This document shows, piece after piece, positions 1-9,234 of a DNA stretch of 64,000 bases; position 1 is the first letter of the stretch; each line of letters begins with the position of its first letter. The stretch is taken from the NCBI GenBank assembly GCA_965247585.1, contig CBDFHC010000005.1, positions 896,334 through 960,333 of the forward strand, read 5' to 3'. The position numbers and the translations under genes were made by a program. The notes under the pieces were generated by a model. It made no database searches. It saw nothing but the letters and a program-made list of their open reading frames with translations, and had not been told where the DNA came from. The stretch comes from Dehalococcoidia bacterium (lineage in GTDB: Bacteria; Chloroflexota; Dehalococcoidia; Lucifugimonadales; GCA-2712585).

Positions 1-884
1 GCGTTGTCCGACGCCCCGAAGGGGTATGTCCCGTGGGGACTAGGTAGCGGGTCCGCGCTGGCCCCGTTGTTGAAGTAGGTGTTCGCCGCCGTGGTCGGGT
101 CCGGGGCGAAGCCCCATGTGAAGGTCAGGTCATCGCTGCCCGGGTCCGTGGCCGACGCGTCGTGCGTCTGCTCACGGTTCACCCGGCCCAGGAACGCCGG
201 CCCTCCGGCGAAGCTTATCGCCCCGCTGGTGTCAAAGCTCAAGGTGGGCGCCACGTTGGCTACGTTCACCGCCACCGTGGTGGATACCGTGCCCGTGTCG
301 TCGTCCTCCACCGTGATGGTCACGGTGTAGGTGCCGTTGTCACCGTAGGCGTGGCTGCCGCTAACGCTGCCGCCGCTCACCGCGGAAGGCCCGTCGGAAG
401 TGCCGTCGTCCCAGTCTATGGTGGCCGTGTGGGTGTCCAGCGTACCTACGTCTGTGTAGCCCGCGCTGACGCTGGCCGTGCCCCCCTCCAGTATGCTGTC
501 GCCGCTGGCTGAGGTGATTACCGGCGCTACGTTGTTTACCGTTACTGAGGTGCCGGCGCTGCCCGTGCCGCCGTCGTCGTCCACTATGGACACGCCTATG
601 GCGTACACGTCAGACCCGGTCCCCGTGGGATCGTCGTCCAGGTACTGGTGCGATTCACTGTAGCTGGTGCTACCTGCCGGGTAGCTGTATACCACCGGCA
701 CGCCCTCGCCCCAATCTATGGTGATGTCGAAGGTGTCCAGCACCCCGGGGTCGGTGATGCTGCCGCTTACCGTGGTGGTGCCGTTCTCGTTTATTGTGTC
801 GCCGTTGGCGGTAATGGACGGGTTGACGTTGAGGACCGTTACCGTGCCGCTGTACGGGTTGACGTTGAGGACCGTTACCGTCTG
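1..884 (-). CDS. Giant PKD-repeat surface protein, distal segment (partial, continues past window start; out of frame with ORF 875..3148)
   Basis: Own minus-strand translation (codons at 3k..3k+2) is stop-free from 884 to 1. It gives PKD-like modules (ITIDWGEGVPVVYSYPAGSTSYSESHQYLDDDPTGT; TATIDWDDGTSDG..GSHAYGDNGTYTVTITVEDDDTG) joined by V.V.NVAP linkers. Absent from the ORF track because it has no stop inside the window. Confidence 0.65.
818..881. repeat. Direct tandem repeat, 28-bp identical core at 36-bp period
   Basis: ACGGGTTGACGTTGAGGACCGTTACCGT occurs at 818..845 and again at 854..881, separated by GCCGCTGT. Confidence 0.95.
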
Positions 885-3148
885 TAGGTGGTCTCCCCGC
901 CGTCCTTGTCCTTGATCTTGCCGCCCACGCTCAGAGGCCCGTCGTCTACCGCCGTGTTGCACACCGCCGTGGGGGTGCCGCTGTAGGCGCCGAAGCCCCC
1001 GCCGCAGTCAAAGGCGTATGTGAAGCCTGCCGAGGTGTCCGCGTTGGACGGGTCAGACTGGCTGCTCAGTCCCATGTTGAAGGAGCTGCCCTCGTTTACG
1101 TTGTTCGGCCGGTCGAAGTTGGCCGTGGGCGCTATGTTCAACACCGTGAGGCTAAAGCTGACCACCGTCACTCCGCCGTCCCCATCGTCCAGGGTAATGT
1201 CTACGGTCTGGCTCTCCGAAGGACCGTCGTCAGTGCCGAAGCTCCAGCTCCAGGTCCCGTTGTTAGTTCCAGTCTTGGTGACCGCGCCAATGGATGCGGA
1301 CACGGACACGTTGTCGTCGCCGGGGTCTGAGTAGGTGCCGCTGTTGGCGGCGCCGGTGCCCTCGTCCACCGTCACGTTAGCCGCGTTGGCCACGCCGGAG
1401 GGCGCCACGTTCAGGACGGTGATCGTCTGGGTCTGACAGGTGGAGGCCGTATCGTCGTCGGTCACACAAACCGTTACGTCGAAGGTCCCCTGGTCAGGGT
1501 ACGTGTTCGAGCTGGTTACGGTGCCCGAACCGGCGCCCTGGGCCACCGCGGCCGGCTGCGCGCCGGCTCCAGCGCCGAAGTCCACCGTGGCCGTGTGAGT
1601 GTCCAGGGTGCCCACGTCCGTGAAGTTAGCCGTCAGGTTGGTGGGGGTGCCCTCGGACAGACCGGTGAGGCTCATGGAGACGATCTCCACCGGCACGTTG
1701 TTGACCGTTACCTTGACGCTCAGCTCGCTGCCGGCCGTTCCGCCGATTATCAAGTCGAAGGGAGCGTCGGTGTTGATTATGGTTTCTACGCCGGAACCGT
1801 CCAGGTTGGCTCGGGCGATACGATCGCCGCGGCGCTCCGCCCAGTACACGTGCCCCTGTCCGTCCAACGCCACGCCCCAGGGGAAGTTCAGTCCAGTCAC
1901 TATCACCTGGAACCCGGTGCCATCCATGTTGACGCGCATGATGCGCCCGTCAAAGGAGTCATTGAAGGGGCTAGGATCATCGGCGAAGTAGATCTTCTCC
2001 GCCTCCAGGTCCAGCGCGATGCCCCGTGGCCTCTTCAGGCCGGATTGAAGGACCACTTTTCCGGTGCCGTTCAGGTTCATCCTCTCGACGGAATTGCGGC
2101 GAAAGTTGGTGGTGTAGATGTGTCCGTTGGCCAGGTCTAGCGCCACGTCCGATGAGTCTCTATCAAGGTTTGCTTCCAGCGCGCCGTTGAAACCGTAGCG
2201 CTGCAGTGAGGACACGAAGGTCGCCACGTAGATGTCTTCCGCGGCGGTATCCACGGCCACGCCGTTCACCCGAAGAATGTTGGTGACCATGGTCTCAAGA
2301 CCGGTGCCATCGGTATTTACTCGGTAGACGTTGCCTCGGGCCCCGCCACTTGGGTTAAGTCTGTCACCAAAGTAGAGCTTACCATCGTCCGCCAGGTCGA
2401 TCCCCGTAGAGAGGCGCAGCCCCGTTACCACGTCTGTGGGGCTTGTCCCGTCCGGGTTGGCCCGCCGGACTTTGTCGCCACCGGTTGCAAAACCTACGGG
2501 GCGCGTTTCGCCAGGGCCTTCTGTCCAGAACAACCCGGAAGCTCCTCCGCCTCCTCCGCCACCCTCGGTAGCCTGCGCCCCGTCAGAGTCCGTCAGCGTC
2601 AAGCTGATCAGGTACTCGTCACTGAGGGTGCCGGTGGGGTTGTCGTCCAGGTACTGGTGCGTCTCCGAGAAGGAGGTGGTGCCCGCCGGGTAGTTGAAGG
2701 TCTGTACCGGTGAGCCGTCGCCCCAGTTTACGTCCAATGTTAGGTCGTCTATGCCCGGGTCGCCCAGGTCTCCAGCCAGGGTGCTGGTGCCGTCCTCGTC
2801 GATCGGCGAAGTGGCGGAAAGGTTAGTAAGGGTAGGCGCCACGTTCAGTACCGTCAGGCTGAAGGACGTAGTAGCCTGCGCGCCTGCGCTGTCAGTGGCC
2901 GTGATTGTCACGTTCTGGCTGTCGTCAGGTCCGTCACTGGTCCCCAGAGACCAGGTCCAGATCCCGCTCTGGGTCCCGGTTTGGGTCACGGCGCCCGCCG
3001 AGGCGGTTACCGAAACCACGTCGCCGGCGTCTATGTCATCGAAGTTGCCGCCGTTCTCGGCCGTTTCTCCCTCGTCAACGGTGACGCTGGAGCTGGTGGC
3101 CGAAACTGTCGGCGGGTCGTTTACCGCGGCTACGGTGACCGTTCCCAA
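875..3148 (-). CDS. Giant surface protein, central segment: cadherin/VCBS-like and PKD-like modules plus YWTD (LDL-receptor class B type) beta-propeller
   Basis: 757-aa ORF. Two near-repeat modules (VNDPPTVSA..TQSGIWTWSLGTSDGPDDSQNVTITATD and LNVAPSG..NNGTWSWSFGTDDGPSESQTVDITLDD), PKD-like WGDGS..ETHQYLDDNPTGT, a poly-Gly linker, and blades GKLYFGD / EDIYVAT / GHIYTTN / EKIYFAD / GHVYWAE with R.N.DG.G turns. The listed TTG start is probably not real, since the frame is open upstream to about 3262. Confidence 0.75.
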   Translation of the reverse strand: MGTVTVAAVNDPPTVSATSSSVTVDEGETAENGGNFDDIDAGDVVSVTASAGAVTQTGTQSGIWTWSLGTSDGPDDSQNVTITATDSAGAQATTSFSLTVLNVAPTLTNLSATSPIDEDGTSTLAGDLGDPGIDDLTLDVNWGDGSPVQTFNYPAGTTSFSETHQYLDDNPTGTLSDEYLISLTLTDSDGAQATEGGGGGGGASGLFWTEGPGETRPVGFATGGDKVRRANPDGTSPTDVVTGLRLSTGIDLADDGKLYFGDRLNPSGGARGNVYRVNTDGTGLETMVTNILRVNGVAVDTAAEDIYVATFVSSLQRYGFNGALEANLDRDSSDVALDLANGHIYTTNFRRNSVERMNLNGTGKVVLQSGLKRPRGIALDLEAEKIYFADDPSPFNDSFDGRIMRVNMDGTGFQVIVTGLNFPWGVALDGQGHVYWAERRGDRIARANLDGSGVETIINTDAPFDLIIGGTAGSELSVKVTVNNVPVEIVSMSLTGLSEGTPTNLTANFTDVGTLDTHTATVDFGAGAGAQPAAVAQGAGSGTVTSSNTYPDQGTFDVTVCVTDDDTASTCQTQTITVLNVAPSGVANAANVTVDEGTGAANSGTYSDPGDDNVSVSASIGAVTKTGTNNGTWSWSFGTDDGPSESQTVDITLDDGDGGVTVVSFSLTVLNIAPTANFDRPNNVNEGSSFNMGLSSQSDPSNADTSAGFTYAFDCGGGFGAYSGTPTAVCNTAVDDGPLSVGGKIKDKDGGETTYRR

Positions 3149-3152
3149 GGTG

Positions 3153-4772
3153 TCACCGCTGACCGCGCCGAAGATGTCCTTTGCGCGGAATTCGAAGGTC
3201 CCGCCAGGTCCGTTGAAGTTGGGGGCGGGGTTCAGGTCTATCGAGCCCTGTGAACGTGACGGGCAGGCCGCCCGTCACGTTCACAGGGCTGACGCTGGTC
3301 AGGCTCAAGGCCACGATCTCGATTTGGATCGTCTGGCCTTCTGGATCGCTGCACTGGAGGATCAGGGGATGCGAAGTGGTTCCCCCGTCCTCGGTAAGCC
3401 CGATATTGATGGCGTTACATGTGGGTGGGAGGTTGGGTGGAACGATCCAGTCCTTGGTTACAGGGTTGGAGGACCCAGGATCACCGGTGGCTGGGTCAAC
3501 AAAGGTAGCCTGGATGGTGTCGGTTCCGGTCACGCTGCTGGTGTAGCCGATGGTTGCCACGCCGGCGGTGTTGGTGGCCGCGGTGCCAATGGTGCCCGTA
3601 TTGGGGCCGGAAATAATTTTAAAGGTGACGGTAACGTTGGGAACCGGATTGCCCGAGTCGTCTTTCAAAGTGGCGGTAAGTGTGTGAGTATCGCCGATTA
3701 CGTTTTCCCCGGTATTTGGCTCAAGCAACAGGTCCGGCGGGATGAGCACCGTTCCGCCGATGCCTGAAAATGCGAAGATGTATGTGTTGGGTATGCCCAG
3801 GTTGGGCCCGCCGGTCACGTTGGGCTGGCCCAAGGAGTAGGCCTCGGCGCCTACGGCGCTGAGAGCTGCCAGCGCGCCGGCCTCATTTGCCGCCCCGCCG
3901 TAGTAGATTCGGAAGGTCTTGCTGGCGCCTGGCGCCAGCGGCCCAAATCCAAAGTCAAAGATAGCACCGTGGTCCTGCGGCCCAACGTCCGTGCAGTTTG
4001 TGTTATTACACGCCGCGTTTAACGCCCCTCGCCCAGCGAATGGGTTGGGGTTGGCGAACCCGTTGTCGGAGGCAAAAAGCAGGTTTGCCGCGCTGCCTAT
4101 GCCCTGGATCGTTACAAACTCGCTGAAGGGCGTGGGATCAGTGTCCCAGTCCATGGCCCGAGTGTAACGGAGGTCCGTCACCGCGGTGGAAGAGAAGTTC
4201 TTTATCGTCACTTCGACTTCCAACAGGTCGGAAGTCAAAGGCGTGGGGTGGAAGTCGTGGGTGACCCTTAGACGTCCAAAGGCGTCTACTACAGATACCG
4301 CGGAATCGCCCGCCGAGTCCACCGATGACGGTCCGGTGCCCGGTGTTCCCGAGGTGGTGAAGCTGACTACCGTTAGATTCTGAACCCCGCCAACGGCAAC
4401 ATCAGTGTGACCGGCCTGTCCTGTGCCGGCGTCGCCCACGCCCCAGCCCTCACAGACACAACCTTGCGAGGTGGATTCACCTTCGGTAGGCATGTAGCGC
4501 ACGCCGACAATTGTCGTCCCGCTGGCCGCGCGTACAGTCCCGTTAACTCCCAGGTGGCCCTGGTCAAGGACGCCCAGCTTTACAGTACCGTTGTCGATAA
4601 TGGCGCTGTTTTCGCTAACATCAGTGGTGGGGGTCGCATTGGGGATCTCTTCATCGGCCAGGACAGCGGACGAAGCGATGACCGCTAATGCAAATACGGA
4701 AAGTACGGCGGCCACAAATATCCAGTACTTGGGAAGGGAGTTGAGCCACCTGTTCACTGGTCTGCCTATCAT
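3153..4772 (-). CDS. Giant surface protein, N-terminal segment: signal/anchor helix, beta-rich region, bacterial Ig-like domain
   Basis: 539-aa ORF. N-terminal hydrophobic segment YWIFVAAVLSVFALAVIASSAVLA. Ig-like stretch HTLTATLKDDSGNPVPNVTVTFKIISGPNTG..IQATFVD. The last ~30 aa (LDRPEPRPQLQRTWRDLRIPRKGHLRRGQR) look like out-of-frame read-through. Confidence 0.7.
   Translation of the reverse strand: MIGRPVNRWLNSLPKYWIFVAAVLSVFALAVIASSAVLADEEIPNATPTTDVSENSAIIDNGTVKLGVLDQGHLGVNGTVRAASGTTIVGVRYMPTEGESTSQGCVCEGWGVGDAGTGQAGHTDVAVGGVQNLTVVSFTTSGTPGTGPSSVDSAGDSAVSVVDAFGRLRVTHDFHPTPLTSDLLEVEVTIKNFSSTAVTDLRYTRAMDWDTDPTPFSEFVTIQGIGSAANLLFASDNGFANPNPFAGRGALNAACNNTNCTDVGPQDHGAIFDFGFGPLAPGASKTFRIYYGGAANEAGALAALSAVGAEAYSLGQPNVTGGPNLGIPNTYIFAFSGIGGTVLIPPDLLLEPNTGENVIGDTHTLTATLKDDSGNPVPNVTVTFKIISGPNTGTIGTAATNTAGVATIGYTSSVTGTDTIQATFVDPATGDPGSSNPVTKDWIVPPNLPPTCNAINIGLTEDGGTTSHPLILQCSDPEGQTIQIEIVALSLTSVSPVNVTGGLPVTFTGLDRPEPRPQLQRTWRDLRIPRKGHLRRGQR
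3246..3288. repeat. Perfect 19-bp inverted repeat (foldback) with 5-nt spacer
   Basis: CCCTGTGAACGTGACGGGC (3246..3264), AGGCC, GCCCGTCACGTTCACAGGG (3270..3288). The arms are exact reverse complements, read directly from the sequence. Confidence 0.95.
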
Positions 4773-5150
4773 TGCGGGCCCTCCTGGGGCTAAGTTTCGG
4801 CTTGCCGTCTGCCGGTACTGAGAGATGCGTACCCCGGGAGCCTCGAACGGAGCGTAATCTGAAGGGTGTCCCGGTACTGCAAATAGCGCCCAAGGTTAGT
4901 TTTCTAACCGGGCGGGTTTACGGGATACAGGAATGACACCTATTGTCAATGGAATTAAGTTCTATTTACTTACCTTTACTCAACGGAACCTACATGGTGT
5001 TGGGAATTTGGGGCGTTTTCCCACAAAGCGATCGACCATAGGCAGGCGTCAATATATCAACCGCCGGAGGGCAGTCTCGTAAAAAGAATGAGGCCGAAAG
5101 TAGGCAGGTTAACGTGATATACTGACGGAAAACGCTTGGTGGAAGGCAAA

Positions 5151-6875
5151 ATGCGCACTTTTCGCCTGGCCCTGGCCCAGATAAACACCACCGTTGGCGA
5201 CCTGGACGGGAACGTCCGGAAGATTCTGGAGTACGTTGACGGAGCGCGCGCTTTCGGCGCGGACCTGGTGGCGTTCCCGGAGACGGCCATCACCGGCTAC
5301 CCGGCGGAGGACCTGCTGTACAAGACGGCGTTCCTGCGGGACAACATGGCGGCGATGCGCCGAGTGGTGGAGGCTTCGCAGGGGATAGCGGTGGTGGTGG
5401 GCTTCGTGGACACGGATGGGGATATCTACAACGCGGCGGCGGTGGCGAAAGACGGTGAGCTGGCGGGGGTTTACCACAAGATATACCTGCCGACTTATGG
5501 CGTGTTTGACGAGGACCGCTACTTTCGGCGGGGGGAGAGCCGCCCGGTGTACGTCATCGGCGGGGTGGCGGTGGGGCTGAACATCTGCGAGGACGCATGG
5601 TACCCCATGGGGCCTATGGTGGCGCAGCGGGACGCCGGGGCGGAGGTGATAGTGAACATAAACGCGTCGCCGTACCACACGGGGAAGCAGCGGGACCGGG
5701 AGCGGATGATGGCCACCCGGGCGGCAGACAACGAGGTTTACGTTGGGTACCTGAATGCGGTGGGAGGCCAGGACGAGCTGGTGTTCGATGGGGCCAGCGC
5801 GATCTTCGACCCGCAGGGGAGGACTGTGGCCCGGGGCGTGAGCTTTGAGGAAGAGCTGCTTGTGGCGGACCTGGACATAGACGCGGTGCTGCGGTCGCGG
5901 CTGCGGGACCCCCGGGGCAGGCAACAGCGGGGGCAGGGAGCGGGAGAGCTGGTCCAGGTGTCCGAGTTCCAGGATAGGGAGCTCCCGCCGCTGGAGAAGC
6001 GGGACATATCGCCAACGCTGTGCCGGGGGGAAGAGGTGTACCGGGCGCTGGTGACGGGTTGCCGGGACTATGTGAGAAAAAACGGGTTCACCCGGGTGCT
6101 GATTGGCCTCTCGGGGGGGATTGATTCGGCGCTGACGGCCAGCGTGGCCTCGGACGCGCTGGGGCGGGAGAACGTAGTGGGGGTGACGATGCCGTCCCGG
6201 TACTCCAGCGAAGGAAGCATTGTGGACTCCAAGCTGCTTTCGGACAGGCTGGAGATAGAGATGTGGACAATGCCCATAGAGCCAGGGCACGTGGCGTTCC
6301 AAGATATGCTGGCGGAGGCGTTCCAGGGCACGGCGCCGGGTGTGGCGGAGGAGAATATCCAGGCGCGCATCCGGGGAAATCTGCTGATGTCCATGTCAAA
6401 CAAGTTCGGCTGGCTGGTGCTGACCACGGGGAACAAGAGCGAGATGGCCATGGGATACGCCACGCTGTACGGGGACATGGCGGGGGGCTTCGCGGTGCTG
6501 AAGGACGTGCCGAAAACGCTGGTGTATGAGCTGTGCCGCTGGCGTAACGAGCACGGCTCGCCGAAGGGGGTGATACCCCAGAGCATTATCGAAAAGCCGC
6601 CCAGCGCGGAGCTGAAGCCGGACCAGAAGGACCAGGACACGCTGCCGCCGTACGAGGTGCTGGACCAGGTGCTGAAGGCGTACGTAGAGGAGGACCGAGG
6701 GTACGACGAGATTGTGGAGCTGGGGTTCGACGCCGCGTTGGTGCAGCGGGTAATCACCACGGTGGACCGGAACGAGTACAAGCGGCGGCAGTCGCCGCCG
6801 GGGGTGAAGATAACGCCCAAGGCTTTCGGCAAGGACCGGCGGCTGCCCATTGTGAACCGCTACCGGCAGTTCTAA
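5151..6875 (+). CDS. nadE: Glutamine-dependent NAD+ synthetase
   Basis: 579-aa ORF (5136..6875). N-terminal CN-hydrolase part (AFPETAITGYP, LNICED) and C-terminal PP-loop GLSGGIDSAL. Likely start is ATG 5151 (MRTFRLALAQ). Confidence 0.9.
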   Translation: MRTFRLALAQINTTVGDLDGNVRKILEYVDGARAFGADLVAFPETAITGYPAEDLLYKTAFLRDNMAAMRRVVEASQGIAVVVGFVDTDGDIYNAAAVAKDGELAGVYHKIYLPTYGVFDEDRYFRRGESRPVYVIGGVAVGLNICEDAWYPMGPMVAQRDAGAEVIVNINASPYHTGKQRDRERMMATRAADNEVYVGYLNAVGGQDELVFDGASAIFDPQGRTVARGVSFEEELLVADLDIDAVLRSRLRDPRGRQQRGQGAGELVQVSEFQDRELPPLEKRDISPTLCRGEEVYRALVTGCRDYVRKNGFTRVLIGLSGGIDSALTASVASDALGRENVVGVTMPSRYSSEGSIVDSKLLSDRLEIEMWTMPIEPGHVAFQDMLAEAFQGTAPGVAEENIQARIRGNLLMSMSNKFGWLVLTTGNKSEMAMGYATLYGDMAGGFAVLKDVPKTLVYELCRWRNEHGSPKGVIPQSIIEKPPSAELKPDQKDQDTLPPYEVLDQVLKAYVEEDRGYDEIVELGFDAALVQRVITTVDRNEYKRRQSPPGVKITPKAFGKDRRLPIVNRYRQF

Positions 6876-6890
6876 AGAGGGGACGAGGGG

Positions 6891-7523
6891 TTAGGAGGCG
6901 CCGCCGTTAACGCGCGAGGCGCGGCGGGCCTCCACCAAGGCAACGACAGTTTTGAGCTGGTCCGAAGCCTCCTCAATAGAACGCGCCAGCACGTTGTATT
7001 GTTCCTCGGTCTCAAACCCCTCGGCCAGATGCTCCCTGAATTGGGCGTTGAGAGCGTTGAGCTCCCGTACCCGGCCTTCCAGTGCGGCGGTGCGCTCAGC
7101 AACCAGTCTCTCCAGCTCCTCTTTATAGGCGCGGTTTTCAATGATTAGCTGGTGCCGCTCCAGGGCGCGTTGGACGCGAAAGACCATCTCTTCAATGCTA
7201 AAGGGTTTGGTAATGTAGTCGTAGGCGCCCAGCTTCATGGCCTCCACGGCGCGGCTCACGTCAGTGACGGCGGACACCATGACAACGCCTACGTCCGGGA
7301 AGGTGGAGACCACCTCCTTGAGCAGATCGATTCCTTCACTCCCCGGCATGCGAATGTCAGAGAGGACCAGGGTTACAGGATTGTTGTGGAGGTGCCGCAG
7401 GGCTTCCTCCGTACCGGACGCAGACACGCACTGATAGCCGTTCCTGGCTAGCGCTTCGGTAATAACCTGGCGGATCACCGGTTCATCGTCCACGGCCAGG
7501 ATTCGGGCGTTCTGATTTACCAT
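6891..7523 (-). CDS. Response regulator, receiver domain plus C-terminal coiled coil (no DNA-binding domain seen)
   Basis: REC hallmarks: ILAVDDEP, phospho-acceptor context VLSDIRMPG, DYITKPF. The C-terminal ~85 aa are heptad-like (EELERLVAERTAALEGRVRELNALNAQ). Confidence 0.85.
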   Translation of the reverse strand: MVNQNARILAVDDEPVIRQVITEALARNGYQCVSASGTEEALRHLHNNPVTLVLSDIRMPGSEGIDLLKEVVSTFPDVGVVMVSAVTDVSRAVEAMKLGAYDYITKPFSIEEMVFRVQRALERHQLIIENRAYKEELERLVAERTAALEGRVRELNALNAQFREHLAEGFETEEQYNVLARSIEEASDQLKTVVALVEARRASRVNGGAS

Positions 7524-7611
7524 CTCTCTTCTCCAATCTGACGTGGCGGCGCCAATGAAGCTTAGGCGCTGACCGGGTGTTCAGCCGGCGTAAAACGGGG
7601 CAAGGTCAAGT

Positions 7612-9183
7612 TCATTCTCCCAAGCCTCTGCCGGTCCCATCGGACTGTTGCGATTCGCTGGAACCGATACCCTCTGCCCCAGGCGATTGCGATCCCTGGG
7701 TGACCACGGGTATCTCGACGATGAACCGGGCGCCACCGGCCGGACTGTTCTCGACGCGGATGCGTCCGCCGTGGTCCCGAATAATGCCGAAGCTGATGCT
7801 GAGGCCAAGGCCGGTGCCCTTACCCACGTCCTTGGTGCTAAAAAACGGGTCGAATAGTTTAGAAATCGCGTCAGGAGGAATGCCTGGGCCGGTATCAGTC
7901 ACGGAGAGCCTGACCATACCGTCGTAGGTGTCCGTGGCGACCACCAGCGCACCGCCGCCAGAAGCTTCAACCATTGCCTGCTCCGCGTTGACTATGAGGT
8001 TAAGCGCGACCTGCTGAATCTGGTGCGCGTCAACCATGGTGTAGGGGAGGTCCGGCTGTAGCTGTTGGTCCAACGTAACGTTGTTCAGCTGGAGCTCGTA
8101 CCGCCGGAGCTCGATGGCGGATTCCACTGCCTGATTGATGGAGAGGTACTGCTTTTCGCCGGAGGAGCCCCGGCTGAAGGAGAGCAGGTTCTGGACGATG
8201 CGGATTGACCGCTCGGTTTCCTGCTGGACTATGGCCAGGTCCTTCTCAAACGCAGGATCGCCGTCTGAGGAGCGCATAAGCTGTATCTTCCCCCAAATTC
8301 CGGTGAGAGGGTTGTTCAGCTCGTGGGCCACGCCGGACACCAACTCACCCACCGCCGCCAACCGGGCGGACTGGATGCGCTGGGTCTGGGTGGCCGCCAT
8401 CTCCTGTTGTTGCCTCAGAAGCGCGCGGTAACCGCGTTCAATTAGCCGGTCAGCCCGCAAAGCGATCAGGAATAGGAGGAGAAAGAGGATGGCGCCCATG
8501 GAGAAGGCGCCTATAACGGCGAATATCAGCGTGTCGCGGCGGGCAGTGGCCAGCTCCGAGGTTACGTCCTGCCGCATCTCCAGGACTCCGACGATTCCCC
8601 CTTCGCGGGCGGCGTCCGGGGGGACATCCCGCAAGGGATAATATGTCCGGATCAGGTCCAGCCTGCCGTCGCCGGGGTTGGCCCCTGGAGCAGGCTGGTC
8701 TTTGAGCAGGCCGGCCCAGTAGGTGCCCTGTCTCACCACGTTGGCGAAGGACTTTTCGTCCGAGGCGGTCTGACCTACAGCGGCGGGATCGTTGCTCCAG
8801 AGAACGGTGCCGTCCCGGTCCAGGAGGCTCAGGCCGATTATGTTCAGGCCGAACGTGGTTCGCTGGAAGAAGTCATCTAATACAGGCGGATCAAGGACGG
8901 ATGCCAGGGTAGGTTGCGAGTAGCCGAACTGCCGGGGGGACCAGACGTTGTGATGAAACAGGGATACGATGTGTCCGGTTTCGATGGCCCCGCGGCTGGC
9001 ACTACGCTCGGCGAAGTCAGACTCAGCCTTTCGGACGAAAAAAAACGCGACGACTACCACGAGGATGACTACCACCAACAGGCTGGTAACTATGAAATAG
9101 CGCAGAAGGTGGAATCTGCGGGCAGCGGCAGGAAGGGCGTCCGGCCCTGATTGGACGTAAGTGTCCCTGTCTTGTGTTGCCAT
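7612..9183 (-). CDS. Sensor histidine kinase
   Basis: H-box SGVAHELNNPL. ATPase boxes NLIVNAEQA, DTGPGIPP, GTGLGLSISFGII. Two hydrophobic segments flank a putative extracytoplasmic domain. Lies adjacent to the response regulator on the same strand. Confidence 0.88.
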   Translation of the reverse strand: MATQDRDTYVQSGPDALPAAARRFHLLRYFIVTSLLVVVILVVVVAFFFVRKAESDFAERSASRGAIETGHIVSLFHHNVWSPRQFGYSQPTLASVLDPPVLDDFFQRTTFGLNIIGLSLLDRDGTVLWSNDPAAVGQTASDEKSFANVVRQGTYWAGLLKDQPAPGANPGDGRLDLIRTYYPLRDVPPDAAREGGIVGVLEMRQDVTSELATARRDTLIFAVIGAFSMGAILFLLLFLIALRADRLIERGYRALLRQQQEMAATQTQRIQSARLAAVGELVSGVAHELNNPLTGIWGKIQLMRSSDGDPAFEKDLAIVQQETERSIRIVQNLLSFSRGSSGEKQYLSINQAVESAIELRRYELQLNNVTLDQQLQPDLPYTMVDAHQIQQVALNLIVNAEQAMVEASGGGALVVATDTYDGMVRLSVTDTGPGIPPDAISKLFDPFFSTKDVGKGTGLGLSISFGIIRDHGGRIRVENSPAGGARFIVEIPVVTQGSQSPGAEGIGSSESQQSDGTGRGLGE

Positions 9184-9234
9184 CTAAGGCCAAAGAGGGG
9201 ACGCGCGCCGGGCAAAAGGCGCCGCATGGGCGCC

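Noticed and set aside
2541-2566. GGN-rich simple repeat (GCTCCTCCGCCTCCTCCGCCACCCTC on the plus strand)
   Set aside because: It encodes the poly-Gly linker (EGGGGGGGASG) of the giant protein. It is ordinary low-complexity coding sequence, not a separate element.
5109-6302. 397-aa minus-strand ORF antisense to nadE
   Set aside because: Arg/Pro/His-rich low-complexity translation that fully overlaps a well-supported gene. It is a typical shadow ORF of high-GC DNA.
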